64,000 nucleotides of DNA from an uncultured delta proteobacterium (GTDB taxonomy: Bacteria; Desulfobacterota; Binatia; Binatales; Binataceae). The first letter of the stretch is position 1; every line of letters begins with the position of its first letter. The notes below the pieces were generated by a model. It saw only the letters and a program-made list of their open reading frames with translations, was not told the origin of the DNA and made no database searches. Below are positions 49,543 to 59,699 of this stretch, one piece after another. The DNA lies in assembly GCA_963788205.1 (NCBI GenBank), contig CAWBGG010000003.1, forward strand, positions 21,083-85,082, written 5' to 3'. Position numbers and translations under genes: made by a program.

Positions 49543-49638
49543 CCCGGATTTCCGTTTTACTCTCCGATTTCAACTTGCTTTGTAGACCCACGCGGCTTCC
49601 TCGGCAAGGCTTTAGCCCGGTTGGTACACGGTGTTCCC
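49543..49638 (-). promoter_or_regulatory. Conserved promoter/leader, copy 2
   Basis: TTGCCG-N17-TACAAA on the - strand; aligns with 4966..5064. Confidence 0.65.
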
Positions 49639-49738
49639 GGGCGGGGCCGGGCGTAAAGAGAGCGCGTGCCAGGTGGGACCAGTGCGGGTGGGGATCCGCC
49701 GTCGTCCAAGGGTCAGACCTGGGTGAGCCCGGCCCGGC

Positions 49739-50638
49739 TCACTCCAGCGGCAATCGAAACGGGGTCTCGCGCAGATGGGCGCGCAGGTCGGCGAGCATCT
49801 TGCCGGCCAACTCGCGTGCGCTCTTGCCCGCCGCTGGGCTCAGCCGTGCCAGACGCTGAAGGTCGCGCCGCGAAGCGCTGGCGCGCCTGATCGCATCCTC
49901 GCCCATCGGGTCCAACCTGCGGACCGGGGACTTCGGTGCGCGATCGAGCAGGCCCGCGATCGCCTCGCATGAAGCATCGGCAAACATTTCCGCGTCGCGC
50001 CGATCTATATTGCCGGGCCCCGCCAGCGCCTTGATTATCCGGTCCCATCCGCGAATCCGCCGCAGGCCGCCCTCGAAAATCATGCGATGGGCCGAAAATG
50101 GAACGAGGGGTGAATCGACCGCCCGATCGAGCATCGCATCCAGCGGGCCGAAGTCGAGCCTCAGAACCTTCAAGAGGAGATCCAGGTAGGCTGGCTCTTG
50201 GATACTGTCGAAGCACGCCTCGGTATAGATGTGACCGCCGAAACGCGAGCCGAAGTCTCCGATCAGACAGGCGGGCAGAAAAAAATTGTGCGCCACCACG
50301 TCGGCGCCGAGATGCGCCAGATAGCCCATCGCAAACGCGATCTGCTGATCGCCGCGGGCCGATTCGAGCAAGGTCAGTCCTGTATCCCAGTTGTGCGAAT
50401 GGCGTCGAAGCCGGCTCTGCAGGCGGCGCCCCTGCACGATATCCGGCGCCAGCGAGCCGTAAAGGAAAACCTCTGGCAGGTTAAGAAGCGCGGCTTGAAG
50501 GGGATGGTCGGGGGTGATAGCCGTCGCAAGCACCTGCATCCCCAACGCGATGTGCGTGACCGGACCCCAGGCCAGGGCCGGGCCCGGCATCAGTACGATG
50601 ATCGCGGTCGCCAGCGGGGTTAAGATGAGGAAGATCAT
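49739..50638 (-). CDS. Zinc-dependent phospholipase C family protein
   Basis: A|WGPVTH, GSLAPD, GYLAHLGADVVAHN, H.YTE. Confidence 0.85.
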   Translation of the reverse strand: MIFLILTPLATAIIVLMPGPALAWGPVTHIALGMQVLATAITPDHPLQAALLNLPEVFLYGSLAPDIVQGRRLQSRLRRHSHNWDTGLTLLESARGDQQIAFAMGYLAHLGADVVAHNFFLPACLIGDFGSRFGGHIYTEACFDSIQEPAYLDLLLKVLRLDFGPLDAMLDRAVDSPLVPFSAHRMIFEGGLRRIRGWDRIIKALAGPGNIDRRDAEMFADASCEAIAGLLDRAPKSPVRRLDPMGEDAIRRASASRRDLQRLARLSPAAGKSARELAGKMLADLRAHLRETPFRLPLE

Positions 50639-50694
50639 GCGCGGGGGTGAGTCGTTGATACGGTGCCGCGCTGAGGGGGCATATTTTCAATCCT

Positions 50695-51498
50695 ATGGAG
50701 CATAAAGGGCCTGCGCCAGATCGGCGCGTGATCTTCGCCTCGCTACGCGACTACGTGGAGCAGATCCGCGAGGAGGGACTCGAGGGTCTTCCCGCGACGC
50801 CGAGCAAGCCATCGGTTGCTCCACCCAAGGCGGCTCCCCAATCGCCGGCGCCAGCGCGCGAGCCGTCCGCGGCGCCCACGGCGATCGAGCTTTTTTCCGC
50901 CTATCCCGGGCTGGAGAAGACCGCCGATCTCCGTGCGCTGCGCGAGTTCATCGGCGATTGCAAGCGATGCAAGCTTGCGCCGACGCGCACCAATCTGGTG
51001 TTCGGGGTCGGCAACCCGTCGGCCGAGTTGATGTTCGTCGGCGAAGGTCCCGGCGCCGATGAAGACGCGCGCGGCGAGCCGTTCGTGGGCCGCGCAGGGC
51101 AGTTGCTTACCGACATCATCGAGCGCGGGATGGGGATGGCGCGCGCCAACGTCTATATCTGCAACGTCGTCAAATGCAGGCCGCCCGAGAATCGCAATCC
51201 CGAACCCGACGAAGTTGCGGCCTGCGAGCCGTTTCTGTTTCGGCAGATCGATCTCGTCCGCCCGCAAGTGATCGTCGGACTGGGAACCTTCGCCGTGCAG
51301 TCGCTGTTGAAGGTCAAAACCCCGATCAGCCGGTTGCGCGGAACGTGGCAGCAAGTGCGCGGCATCCGCATGATGCCGACCTTTCATCCCGCCTACTTGC
51401 TTCGCAGCCCGGGCGAGAAGCGAACGGTCTGGGCGGATATACAGGAAGTGATGAAGGTGCTCGGGCGTCCGATCCCCAAGCGCGGCGAACGCCCGTGA
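50695..51498 (+). CDS. Uracil-DNA glycosylase, family 4
   Basis: CKRC, GEGPG.DED, PFVGRAG, KCRPP, HPAYLLR. Confidence 0.93.
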   Translation: MEHKGPAPDRRVIFASLRDYVEQIREEGLEGLPATPSKPSVAPPKAAPQSPAPAREPSAAPTAIELFSAYPGLEKTADLRALREFIGDCKRCKLAPTRTNLVFGVGNPSAELMFVGEGPGADEDARGEPFVGRAGQLLTDIIERGMGMARANVYICNVVKCRPPENRNPEPDEVAACEPFLFRQIDLVRPQVIVGLGTFAVQSLLKVKTPISRLRGTWQQVRGIRMMPTFHPAYLLRSPGEKRTVWADIQEVMKVLGRPIPKRGERP

Positions 51499-52802
51499 CT
51501 ACGCGCCTATCACGGCCCGGATTGGCGCTGGCTGGTGCGATCGCGCTGGCGACCGTGTTCTGCGGCGGCGCTGCCGCGGCTGAGGACTGGGTCGAGTTGA
51601 TCAAAATCGATGGGTCGATCAATCCCGCGTCGGCGGATTTCATCGAGGAGTCGCTCGGCGACGCTGCGGCGCGCGGCGCCAAAGCGCTGGTGATCGAGCT
51701 CGATACCCCCGGTGGCCTGCTCACCTCGACCCAGCGAATCGTGAAGGATCTGCTGGGCGCGCCGCTACCGGTGATCGTTTACGTCGCGCCGTCGGGCGCG
51801 GGCGCCGCTTCAGCCGGGACGTTCATCACCGAGGCGGCCAATATCGCCGCGATGGCGCCGGGAACGACGATCGGCGCGGCCCATCCGGTGGGCACCGGCG
51901 GCGAGGACGAAAAGGGCGTGCTCGGCGAGAAGATCGAGAATTTTACCGCCTCGTTCGCGCGCTCGATCGCTCAGCAGCGCGGCCGCAACCAGGATTGGGT
52001 TGTGGATGCGGTGCGAAAGAGCGTCGCGATTGACGATAGTGAAGCGCTCGCCAAGCATGTGATCGATATCGTCGCCCCCGACTTGCCGAGCCTGCTCAAG
52101 CAGGCCTCCGGACGGCAGGTCACGGTCAACGGCACAACCGTAACGCTGGCGCTTGCCGGCGCGGCCGTGCGCCAGCGGCGGATGACGTTTGGCCAGCGAT
52201 TGTTCGACGCGCTTGCCGACCCGAACATTATGTACCTGCTGCTGATGGCGGGAATCCTGGGGCTCTACTTCGAGTTTTCGCATCCGGGCGTATTCCTGCC
52301 CGGCGTGGTCGGCGCGATCTGCCTGCTGCTGGCGTTGGCGTCGTTCGAGGTCTTACCGATCAATATCGCGGCGCTGCTCCTGGTCGTGCTGGGCGCGATG
52401 ATGCTCGCCTCGGAGGCGTTCGTGACCAGCTATGGTGTGATGGGCCTGGGCGGCGTGGCCGCGCTGGTGCTCGGCTCGCTCTTTTTGATCGACACGTCGC
52501 GCGGCGATCTCGAAGTGAGCCGGGGTATCATCGCAGGTGGCGCGATCGGGCTGAGCGCGATAATCCTGGTCGTCGGTTACGTAGTCGCGCGCGACCGCAG
52601 CCGCGCGGCGCATACCGGACGCGAAGGTCTGATCGGCGAAATCGGCGAGGTGCGCGAGGCGATCACACCGGGCGCGCCGGGCCGGGTTTTTATCCACGGC
52701 GAGATCTGGCGCGCGGTCAGTGACCAACCGATCGGCGCGGGCGCGCGCGCCTGCGTCACGGCGGTTAGAGGGCTGGAAATCGAAGTCAAGCGCGCATCCT
52801 GA
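51495..52802 (+). CDS. nfeD: NfeD family membrane-bound serine protease
   Basis: LDTPGG, AASAG, IGAAHPV, TM block, GEIWRA OB-fold. Confidence 0.92.
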   Translation: MTTRLSRPGLALAGAIALATVFCGGAAAAEDWVELIKIDGSINPASADFIEESLGDAAARGAKALVIELDTPGGLLTSTQRIVKDLLGAPLPVIVYVAPSGAGAASAGTFITEAANIAAMAPGTTIGAAHPVGTGGEDEKGVLGEKIENFTASFARSIAQQRGRNQDWVVDAVRKSVAIDDSEALAKHVIDIVAPDLPSLLKQASGRQVTVNGTTVTLALAGAAVRQRRMTFGQRLFDALADPNIMYLLLMAGILGLYFEFSHPGVFLPGVVGAICLLLALASFEVLPINIAALLLVVLGAMMLASEAFVTSYGVMGLGGVAALVLGSLFLIDTSRGDLEVSRGIIAGGAIGLSAIILVVGYVVARDRSRAAHTGREGLIGEIGEVREAITPGAPGRVFIHGEIWRAVSDQPIGAGARACVTAVRGLEIEVKRAS

Positions 52803-52858
52803 TTTAATTCTCACTGCATTCCGGAGCGCACGGGCGGAGAGCTGAAGGAGAAGCGAAT

Positions 52859-53650
52859 ATGGCGGGCGTCGGCGTAATCATCGTGATCTTCGTGGTGTTT
52901 CTGATGAGCAGCATCAAGGTGCTCAACGAATACGAGCGCGGCGTGATTTTCCGCCTGGGCCGGCTCACGCCCTATCGCGGTCCCGGCATGATCATCCTGA
53001 TTCCGGTGCTCGAACGGATGGTGCGAATCGATCTGCGCACCGTGCCGCTCGAAATTCCGCCGCAGGACGTGATCACCCGCGACAATGTGACGGTGAAAGT
53101 CAGCGCGGTGCTCTACTTCCGCGTGATCGATCCGTCGCGCGCGGTGACCGAAGTCAACAACTACCTGTTCGCGACGCTGCAACTGGCGCAAACCACGCTG
53201 CGCTCGGTCGGCGGCCAGAGCGAGCTCGACGACCTGCTGAGCCAGCGTGACAAGCTCAACGCGCGCATCCAGGAGGTCGTAGATCTGCAGACCGAGCCAT
53301 GGGGAATCAAGGTGACGCTGATCGAGATCAAGAACATCGACCTGCCGCAGGACATGCAGCGCGCGATCGCGGCGCAGGCCGAGGCCGAGCGCGAACGGCG
53401 CGCCAAAGTGATCGCGGCCGAGGGCGAATTCCAGGCGTCACAGCGGCTGTCCGAAGCCGCCGACATCATGAGCCGCAATCCGATTACGCTCCAGCTCCGT
53501 TACCTGCAGACCCTGGCCGAGATCGCGACCGAGCACAACTCGACCACCGTCTTTCCGCTGCCGATCGATCTGTTCGAGCCGTTTGTGCGCATGAGACAGA
53601 TGATGCCTTCACCGGCGCCGGCGGCCGGCGGCGACAAAGGCAAGACTTGA
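52859..53650 (+). CDS. Slipin/stomatin (SPFH) protein
   Basis: [38 protein letters not shown]; follows nfeD. Confidence 0.95.
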   Translation: MAGVGVIIVIFVVFLMSSIKVLNEYERGVIFRLGRLTPYRGPGMIILIPVLERMVRIDLRTVPLEIPPQDVITRDNVTVKVSAVLYFRVIDPSRAVTEVNNYLFATLQLAQTTLRSVGGQSELDDLLSQRDKLNARIQEVVDLQTEPWGIKVTLIEIKNIDLPQDMQRAIAAQAEAERERRAKVIAAEGEFQASQRLSEAADIMSRNPITLQLRYLQTLAEIATEHNSTTVFPLPIDLFEPFVRMRQMMPSPAPAAGGDKGKT

Positions 53651-53656
53651 GCCCGC

Positions 53657-53926
53657 GGTAGGTGGTCAAGTTCACCGTTGCCGTTCCGAGTTGAGAGTCC
53701 GAAGCCTCGAGCGGTCAAGTTCGCTTCCCGGCGTGAGTGGCGGGAGATTCTTCGCTGCGCAGACTCCGCTCAGAATGACGTTGAATGAGGCTCTCTGGAA
53801 TCTACCAAACGAGACCATTTGGCGTCATTCTGAGCGGAGCGAAGAATCTCACACCACTCACTTTCTAGCCACTCCGGGCGCAGCAGTCCTCGGCCGGCAA
53901 TCGCGGGGCCGAACTTGACCACTACC
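53657..53926 (+). mobile_element. MITE-like element copy B with inner REP-like hairpin (53733..53861)
   Basis: GGTAGGTGGTCAAGTTC...GAACTTGACCACTACC; inner GAGATTCTTCG..CTCAGAATGAC / GTCATTCTGAG..GAAGAATCTC. Confidence 0.8.
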
Positions 53927-53977
53927 GAGGAGGCGATCGTCTCGTCTCGTCCGGCCGCTTATGGCAATCTCTCCCCG

Positions 53978-54571
53978 ATGGGCAAGCGTCCGGCCGGCAA
54001 GCTGATTTTGGTTCGTCACGGCGAGAGCGAGGGCAATCGCGATCGTATTTTCACGACCACACCCGCCGAACTGGCATTGACTGATCTCGGCCGCCGCCAG
54101 GCCGAAGACGCTGCGGTCGCAATCGGCCGCCGCTTCGCACCCGAGCTGGTGATATCGAGTCCGTATCTGCGGGCGCTTGACACCGCGAAGATCATCGCCG
54201 CCGGCCTGGAGCTTCCGCTCGCGGTCGAGCGCGACTTGCACGAGATGGACATGGGAAGCCTCAGGGGCAAGCCATACGACGTCGTACAGACATTTCCCGA
54301 CTACGATGCGGCGCGACGATGGCTCTGGAAGCCGCCAGGGGGCGAGAGCTTCGAGGGCGTGAAGCAGCGCGTCGCGCCCGTGATGGACCGGCTCGCCCGC
54401 GCGCATCCGGGCAAGGAAATCGTGATCGTGAGCCACGGCGGCGTGATGCTCTCCCTATGGGCGCACGTCACCGGTAGTTGGGAAAGCGCGATAGTCCCTG
54501 AGAATTGCCAAATCGTCGTGATCGAGCACGCCGGCGGCCGTTACAGCCGCCCGCAGACCGTCAGAGACTGA
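53978..54571 (+). CDS. Histidine phosphatase family protein
   Basis: LVRHGES, SSPYLRA, GGES, VSHGG. Confidence 0.92.
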   Translation: MGKRPAGKLILVRHGESEGNRDRIFTTTPAELALTDLGRRQAEDAAVAIGRRFAPELVISSPYLRALDTAKIIAAGLELPLAVERDLHEMDMGSLRGKPYDVVQTFPDYDAARRWLWKPPGGESFEGVKQRVAPVMDRLARAHPGKEIVIVSHGGVMLSLWAHVTGSWESAIVPENCQIVVIEHAGGRYSRPQTVRD

Positions 54572-55316
54572 GCACCGAATCGAGAAACTCGACCGAGCGC
54601 AGCCGGCGATCGAGCACGCCGGCGATGAAGCGTGCGATCACCAATGCGCCGTCGGCCCGGGAGGCTTCAGCTTCGGAGTCCATCCCGATCGCGCCCAGGC
54701 GGGCGAGCGCGGCCGCGCTCCTTGATTCGATCCTGACTGCGGGCGCCGTCACCGCGGGGCGGCATCGCAGGCACACCACGCTGCCGTGCGCCGGAACGAA
54801 ATAGGTCTGATGGTCACCCGCTTCGGTCGGCGCGGCGCAGGTGCGGCATCGCGCGAATTCCAGTCCGTAGCCCGCCCACGCCAGCATCTTCAGCTCGTAC
54901 GCCTGCCGGATCGCGAGCGACGCGTTCCGGCGGCATAACGCCGCCAACGCCTGGGTCAAAATTCCATACGCGCCGGCCGCATCGGCCTCCTCCGAGGTGA
55001 GCGCTTCGGCCAGCTCCAGCATGTAACTGCCGAGCGCGAAACGGGCAAGGTCGTCGTCGAGCGTGAATTGCGGCAGTTCGGCCGCCTCGGCGCGCGTGAT
55101 GAAGACCAACTGGCCGTTGGGACGGCGGCGGAAGTAGAGCATCACGTGCGCGAAGGGCTCGAGCTTGCGCTCAAAGCGCGCGCGCGACTTCCTGGCGCCC
55201 TTGGCGATTCCACCCAGCTTGCCGTAGTTGCGCGTTAGCAGGGTGACGATGCGATCGGACTCGGAGTAGTCGCGCGCGCGCAGCGCGATCGCGGCGGATA
55301 CTTCTTCAGCCGGCAT
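54561..55316 (-). CDS. recO: DNA repair protein RecO
   Basis: DYSESDRIVTLLT...GK....AKGARKS; CxxC...CxxC. Confidence 0.93.
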   Translation of the reverse strand: MPAEEVSAAIALRARDYSESDRIVTLLTRNYGKLGGIAKGARKSRARFERKLEPFAHVMLYFRRRPNGQLVFITRAEAAELPQFTLDDDLARFALGSYMLELAEALTSEEADAAGAYGILTQALAALCRRNASLAIRQAYELKMLAWAGYGLEFARCRTCAAPTEAGDHQTYFVPAHGSVVCLRCRPAVTAPAVRIESRSAAALARLGAIGMDSEAEASRADGALVIARFIAGVLDRRLRSVEFLDSVLSL

Positions 55317-55319
55317 CGT

Positions 55320-56441
55320 TCACATCCGGCGCAGCATCGTCTGCTGAATTTCGCGGACCTTGCCGCGCATCGCTTCGACGCTCGCGATCGCGCGCCCTTC
55401 CTCGCCGGCCTCGCGCATCAGGCTGTCGAGCTTGACCAGAATGTTCGCGATCTTCGTATGCGCCTCGATCAGCGCGCGATGCCGCAGCTCCTCGCTCTCC
55501 CATCCGCGCTCGGCGTATTCGCGCAACTCCTCGCTCTGGATAAGCAATTCGCGCGCCTCCTCTTCGTAGCCCTTGACCAGCCGGCGGATCTCGTCGCGCA
55601 CCTTGGGCCGCTCCTCGGGATCCTTCCACAACACGTGCTCCAGGAACATCAGGTCGTCCTCGGCCACACTGCCGCGGCCCATCACGAGCGCGTGCGCGCG
55701 CAGCAAATCGAGCGAGTTGCGCCAGCGCCGATCCGAGGCGATGATCTGGACCCGCCCTAGCTCGCGCCGCAGCTCGCCGATCGCGCGCATCGTCGCGGCC
55801 GGAATCGTGACCGCGCGCGCCGCTGCCGACAACTCGCCGCGCTCGGCGAAGCTCAGCGTCGTGCGGACCGGCGCCGGACGGCCTTCGAGCATCTTGAGAA
55901 AGTGGAAGTCCTCGGCGATGTAATCGACCACGAAGCGCAGCATGAAGCGATCGTAAAGCGCGGTCAGCTCCTCCTCATCGGGCAACTCGTTGGACGCACC
56001 AAACATCGTGACCAGCGGCACGGCGACCCGCTCGCGGCCGTTGTGAAAGACCCGCTCGTTGATCAAAGTGAGCAGCGCGTTGAGGATCGAGGAGTTGGCC
56101 TTGAAGATTTCGTCGAGAAACGCGATATGCGCCTCCGGCAGCTTGTGGCTGGTCACGCGGCGATAGTCGTCTTCTTCGAGTCCCTTCAAACTGACCGCGC
56201 CGAAGATCTCCTCGGGGGTGCTGAACTTGGTAAGAAGCCACTGGAAATATCGGGCGCCTTCAATTCTGAGGCACAAGCCATCGGCCAGCATCGACTTGGC
56301 CGTTCCCGGTGGGCCGATAATCAGAACGTGACTGGCCGAGAGCAGCGCGCATAGGGCGCCGTCGATCAGCTCGGCCCGCTCGAAGAACTCGCGATTGAGT
56401 TCCGCGCGGATTAGCGCGAGCTTGGCGGCGGCGTCGGACAT
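55320..56441 (-). CDS. MoxR/RavA-type AAA+ ATPase
   Basis: GPPGTAKS, LLTKFSTPEEIFG, FLDEIFKANSSILN, ASNELP, ALYDRF, SDRRW. Confidence 0.9.
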   Translation of the reverse strand: MSDAAAKLALIRAELNREFFERAELIDGALCALLSASHVLIIGPPGTAKSMLADGLCLRIEGARYFQWLLTKFSTPEEIFGAVSLKGLEEDDYRRVTSHKLPEAHIAFLDEIFKANSSILNALLTLINERVFHNGRERVAVPLVTMFGASNELPDEEELTALYDRFMLRFVVDYIAEDFHFLKMLEGRPAPVRTTLSFAERGELSAAARAVTIPAATMRAIGELRRELGRVQIIASDRRWRNSLDLLRAHALVMGRGSVAEDDLMFLEHVLWKDPEERPKVRDEIRRLVKGYEEEARELLIQSEELREYAERGWESEELRHRALIEAHTKIANILVKLDSLMREAGEEGRAIASVEAMRGKVREIQQTMLRRM

Positions 56442-56489
56442 CGTAGGTTCGTTCTACCAAAGCCCGCCGCGCGACTTAAGGCCACCTGC

Positions 56490-56783
56490 GGCAGTGCTCA
56501 AGGCTTGGTCTGCGATCGCTCCAGCCGACGACTCCTGCACTTGGAGCGCGGCGAGGGTGAATGGTATGAGATTCTTCGCTGCGCAGACTCCGCTCAGAAT
56601 GACGCCAAATGGTACAGTTGGTAGATTCCAGAGAGCCCCGTTCAACGTCATTCTGAGCGTAGCGAGGGCTTTCGCCCGAGCGAAGTCGAAGAATCTCATG
56701 CCATTCACGCTGCGAAGCGGACTCGACCGATCGAGGCTTTGGGCTTTCAGCTCGCAACGGCCACGTTAAACTCGGCCAGTACC
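56490..56783 (-). mobile_element. MITE-like element copy C (inverted) with inner REP-like hairpin (56557..56708)
   Basis: Reverse complement aligns end-to-end with copy B, including the hairpin spacer. Confidence 0.8.
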
Positions 56784-56884
56784 CCATCTGCCGCCGGCTT
56801 CGCGCCTTGCCCGCTCCGGCGTGAGGACGCTACAACGATGCGAGGGCGTGCGGGCGCGGCGCGCAGTCCGCATCGGAGGACGCG

Positions 56885-58081
56885 ATGGACAAGGCACTGG
56901 CCGGCATCAAGATTCTCGATCTCACCCAGTTCGAGGCGGGAACCTCATGCACCGAGCTGCTGGCGTGGCTCGGCGCCGACGTTATCAAGCTCGAATCGCC
57001 TGGCCGCGGCGAGCAGGGCCGCTGGTCGCTGAGCGAGAAGCCGGGCGTCGATTCTTACTACTTTATGTTACTCAACGCCAACAAACGCGGCATCACGCTC
57101 AACCTCAAGAGCGCGCAAGGCCGTGATATGTTTCTCGGCCTCGTCCGGAAAGTCGATATTCTGGCCGAGAATTTTTCGCTCGGCACGCTGGAGGGCCTCG
57201 ATCTCGGCTACGAGTCGCTGCGCAAACTAAACCCGCGCCTGATCTATCTGACTATCAAGGGCTTCGGCACTTGGGGGCCGTATAGCCGGTACAAGAGCTT
57301 CGACATGATCGCGCAGGCCTGTGGCGGCGCGATGTCGGTGACAGGCTTTCCGGGTTCTCCACCGCTCAAGCCCGGACCGACGATCGGCGATACCGGCACC
57401 GGCGTGCACGCGGCGGCGGCCGTGCTGGCCGCGTATATCCAGCGCGAACGTACCGGCAAGGGGCAGCAGGTCGAGGTCGCGATGCAGGAGGCGGTGCTGA
57501 ACTTCGTCCGCGTTCCGATGATGGGGACGTACTATACGCATCAGCCCGTCCGCCGCAACGGCAACGCTGTCGGCGCGGTTCCCGGCGATACCTTCAAATG
57601 CGCGCCTGGCGGCGACAACGATTATGCGTTCATCTTCTGCAGCACGCCCGAGATGTGGAAAAGTCTCTGCGCTGCGATGGGGCGTGCGGAGCTGGCCCAG
57701 GACGATCGCTTCAAGGATGCTGGCTCGCGGCGCAAGAACGCCGACGCGCTAGCAGCCATCATCAACGAATGGACTGCCAGTCACACCAAGCATCAGGTGA
57801 TGAAGACCCTCGGCGAGGCTGGCGTTCCGTGCGGCGCGGTGCTCGACACGGTCGAGCTTCTCAACGATCCGCACCTGCGCGAGCGCGGCATGATCACGAC
57901 GATCAACCATCCGGTGCGCGGGGAATTCACGATGCCGGGATGTCCGGTCAAGCTCGAAGACTCCAGCGTCGAGGTCAAGAGTGCGCCGCTGCTCGGCCAG
58001 CACAACGGCGAGGTCTACGGCGAATTCCTCGGCCTGGGCGCCGGCGAGCTCGAAGAGCTCAAGCGCCAGGGCGTGATCTAA
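56885..58081 (+). CDS. Class III CoA-transferase (formyl-CoA transferase-like)
   Basis: LDLTQFEAG, LGADVIK, LNANKR, ENF, IGDTGTG, APLLGQH. Confidence 0.92.
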   Translation: MDKALAGIKILDLTQFEAGTSCTELLAWLGADVIKLESPGRGEQGRWSLSEKPGVDSYYFMLLNANKRGITLNLKSAQGRDMFLGLVRKVDILAENFSLGTLEGLDLGYESLRKLNPRLIYLTIKGFGTWGPYSRYKSFDMIAQACGGAMSVTGFPGSPPLKPGPTIGDTGTGVHAAAAVLAAYIQRERTGKGQQVEVAMQEAVLNFVRVPMMGTYYTHQPVRRNGNAVGAVPGDTFKCAPGGDNDYAFIFCSTPEMWKSLCAAMGRAELAQDDRFKDAGSRRKNADALAAIINEWTASHTKHQVMKTLGEAGVPCGAVLDTVELLNDPHLRERGMITTINHPVRGEFTMPGCPVKLEDSSVEVKSAPLLGQHNGEVYGEFLGLGAGELEELKRQGVI

Positions 58082-58104
58082 GCCTGCTTCGTCGGACGCG
58101 AACG

Positions 58105-59697
58105 ATGGCGGGTGATCTTTTCGACGCGATCGAATTTCTCCAACGCGACGGCGACGCGTTGCTGAAGCGCTTTGTCCGCGCCCATCGCGGCGCGGTCCAT
58201 GCCGAGATGCGCTTCGAGGTGGTCTACAGCCAATCGAGCGCGGCCGACAACGGCGAGGCGCGCCACAGCACCGAGAGCGAAGACGCGTTCCTCGGCGTCA
58301 GCGTATGGGTCGCGGCGATCGGAACCGGTCGGCGCGGACCGAATTCCGAATGCGTTGCCGCGGGGCAGGGTGGATGCGAGATCGGTCGGCTCGCACGCGA
58401 TTCCCGCAAGCTCGCCGCCGCGATCAACTCCGCGTTGGGCGACGCCTACGATCGCGCTCGCGCCAGCGCGCGCGAGAAGGCGAGTCTGCTGGCGCATCGC
58501 GAGTCGCTCGGGGCAATGCAATGGAGTGCCGCAGCACGATCGCCGATTCGCGATGAAATTCCCGCGATCTATCGTCGCGACCCGCGCGCGCTCGATCCCG
58601 ATGAGCTCAAGAAATTGTGCCGCGAGGCCTCGGCGGCGGTGAAAGGGCTCGGTCCCCAAATCGCGTTCAACTGGGTCGGCGCGACCAGCGAGCTGCGCCA
58701 CGAAATCTTTGTCAGCAGCGACGGATCCGTTATCAGCCAGGCTTTCGCGTTCTCGCAAGGCGATTGTTACGTCGTCGCGCAGAGTGGTGACGGCCATCAG
58801 GAAAGCTACGACACGATCGGCCAGCAGCGCGGGCTCGAATGCCTGGCGGAGGGCTATCGCAGCGAGCTGATGCCGAATCCCGACCTGCAGACGTTCGCGT
58901 TCGAGCTGGCGCAAGAAGCGCGCGAGTTGGCTGCCGCGCCGCTCTTGAATCCGCCCGATCACGAGGTCACAGTCGTCACCGATCCGCATTTCAACGCACT
59001 GGTCGCGCACGAGATCGTGGGCCATCCCTGCGAGGCCGATCGCGCGCTCAAGATGGAAGCGGCGTACGCGGGCCGCAGCTGGTTCCTGCGCTCGCTGCGC
59101 GACAGCGAAGCCGGCCATCGCGTGGCCTCACCGCTGTTGTCGGCGTGCTCTGATCCGGGCCTCGACGGCTATGGCCAATACCGCTACGACCACGAGGGCA
59201 CGCCGGGCCGGCGCGTGATGCATTTCGAGCGCGGCGTGTTCCGTGACTTCCTGAATTCGCGCGCGACCGCCGCGGTGCTCGGCGCGCAGCCCAACGGATC
59301 GGCGCGGGCGGCCGACGCGCGCTACGTCCCGCTGATCCGGATGTCCAACACCTTCTTCATGCCGGGCGAGCGCAGCCCCGCCGAGATAATCGGCGAAGTC
59401 GACCGCGGCTATTACGTTTGCGGCAGCCGCATTCCCTCGATCGCCGAGTCGCGCGAGAACTTTCGGATCTCGGCGCGGCGAGTCTATGAAATCGAGCGCG
59501 GGCGGCTGGGCCGGCTGTTTCGCTCCGGCAGCGTGACCAGCGACAGCAAGCGTTTTTTCATGAACGTTGACGCAGTCGGCAACGATCTGCGCCTGATCGC
59601 GATCCCGAATTGCGGCAAGGGCCAGCCGATGCAGGCCAAGCGGATGTCCAACGGCGGGCCAACGCTGCGCTCGCGCGCCCGCCTGGCCGGCGGATAG
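58105..59697 (+). CDS. tldD: TldD metalloprotease subunit
   Basis: HEIVGH (HExxxH), YDHEG, RMSNT, CGKGQP. Confidence 0.85.
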   Translation: MAGDLFDAIEFLQRDGDALLKRFVRAHRGAVHAEMRFEVVYSQSSAADNGEARHSTESEDAFLGVSVWVAAIGTGRRGPNSECVAAGQGGCEIGRLARDSRKLAAAINSALGDAYDRARASAREKASLLAHRESLGAMQWSAAARSPIRDEIPAIYRRDPRALDPDELKKLCREASAAVKGLGPQIAFNWVGATSELRHEIFVSSDGSVISQAFAFSQGDCYVVAQSGDGHQESYDTIGQQRGLECLAEGYRSELMPNPDLQTFAFELAQEARELAAAPLLNPPDHEVTVVTDPHFNALVAHEIVGHPCEADRALKMEAAYAGRSWFLRSLRDSEAGHRVASPLLSACSDPGLDGYGQYRYDHEGTPGRRVMHFERGVFRDFLNSRATAAVLGAQPNGSARAADARYVPLIRMSNTFFMPGERSPAEIIGEVDRGYYVCGSRIPSIAESRENFRISARRVYEIERGRLGRLFRSGSVTSDSKRFFMNVDAVGNDLRLIAIPNCGKGQPMQAKRMSNGGPTLRSRARLAGG

Positions 59698-59699
59698 CG

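Noticed and set aside
53778-53823. Apparent invertible spacer between the REP arms of B and C
   Set aside because: The whole of element C is inverted, so the spacer keeps its orientation; only arm variants differ
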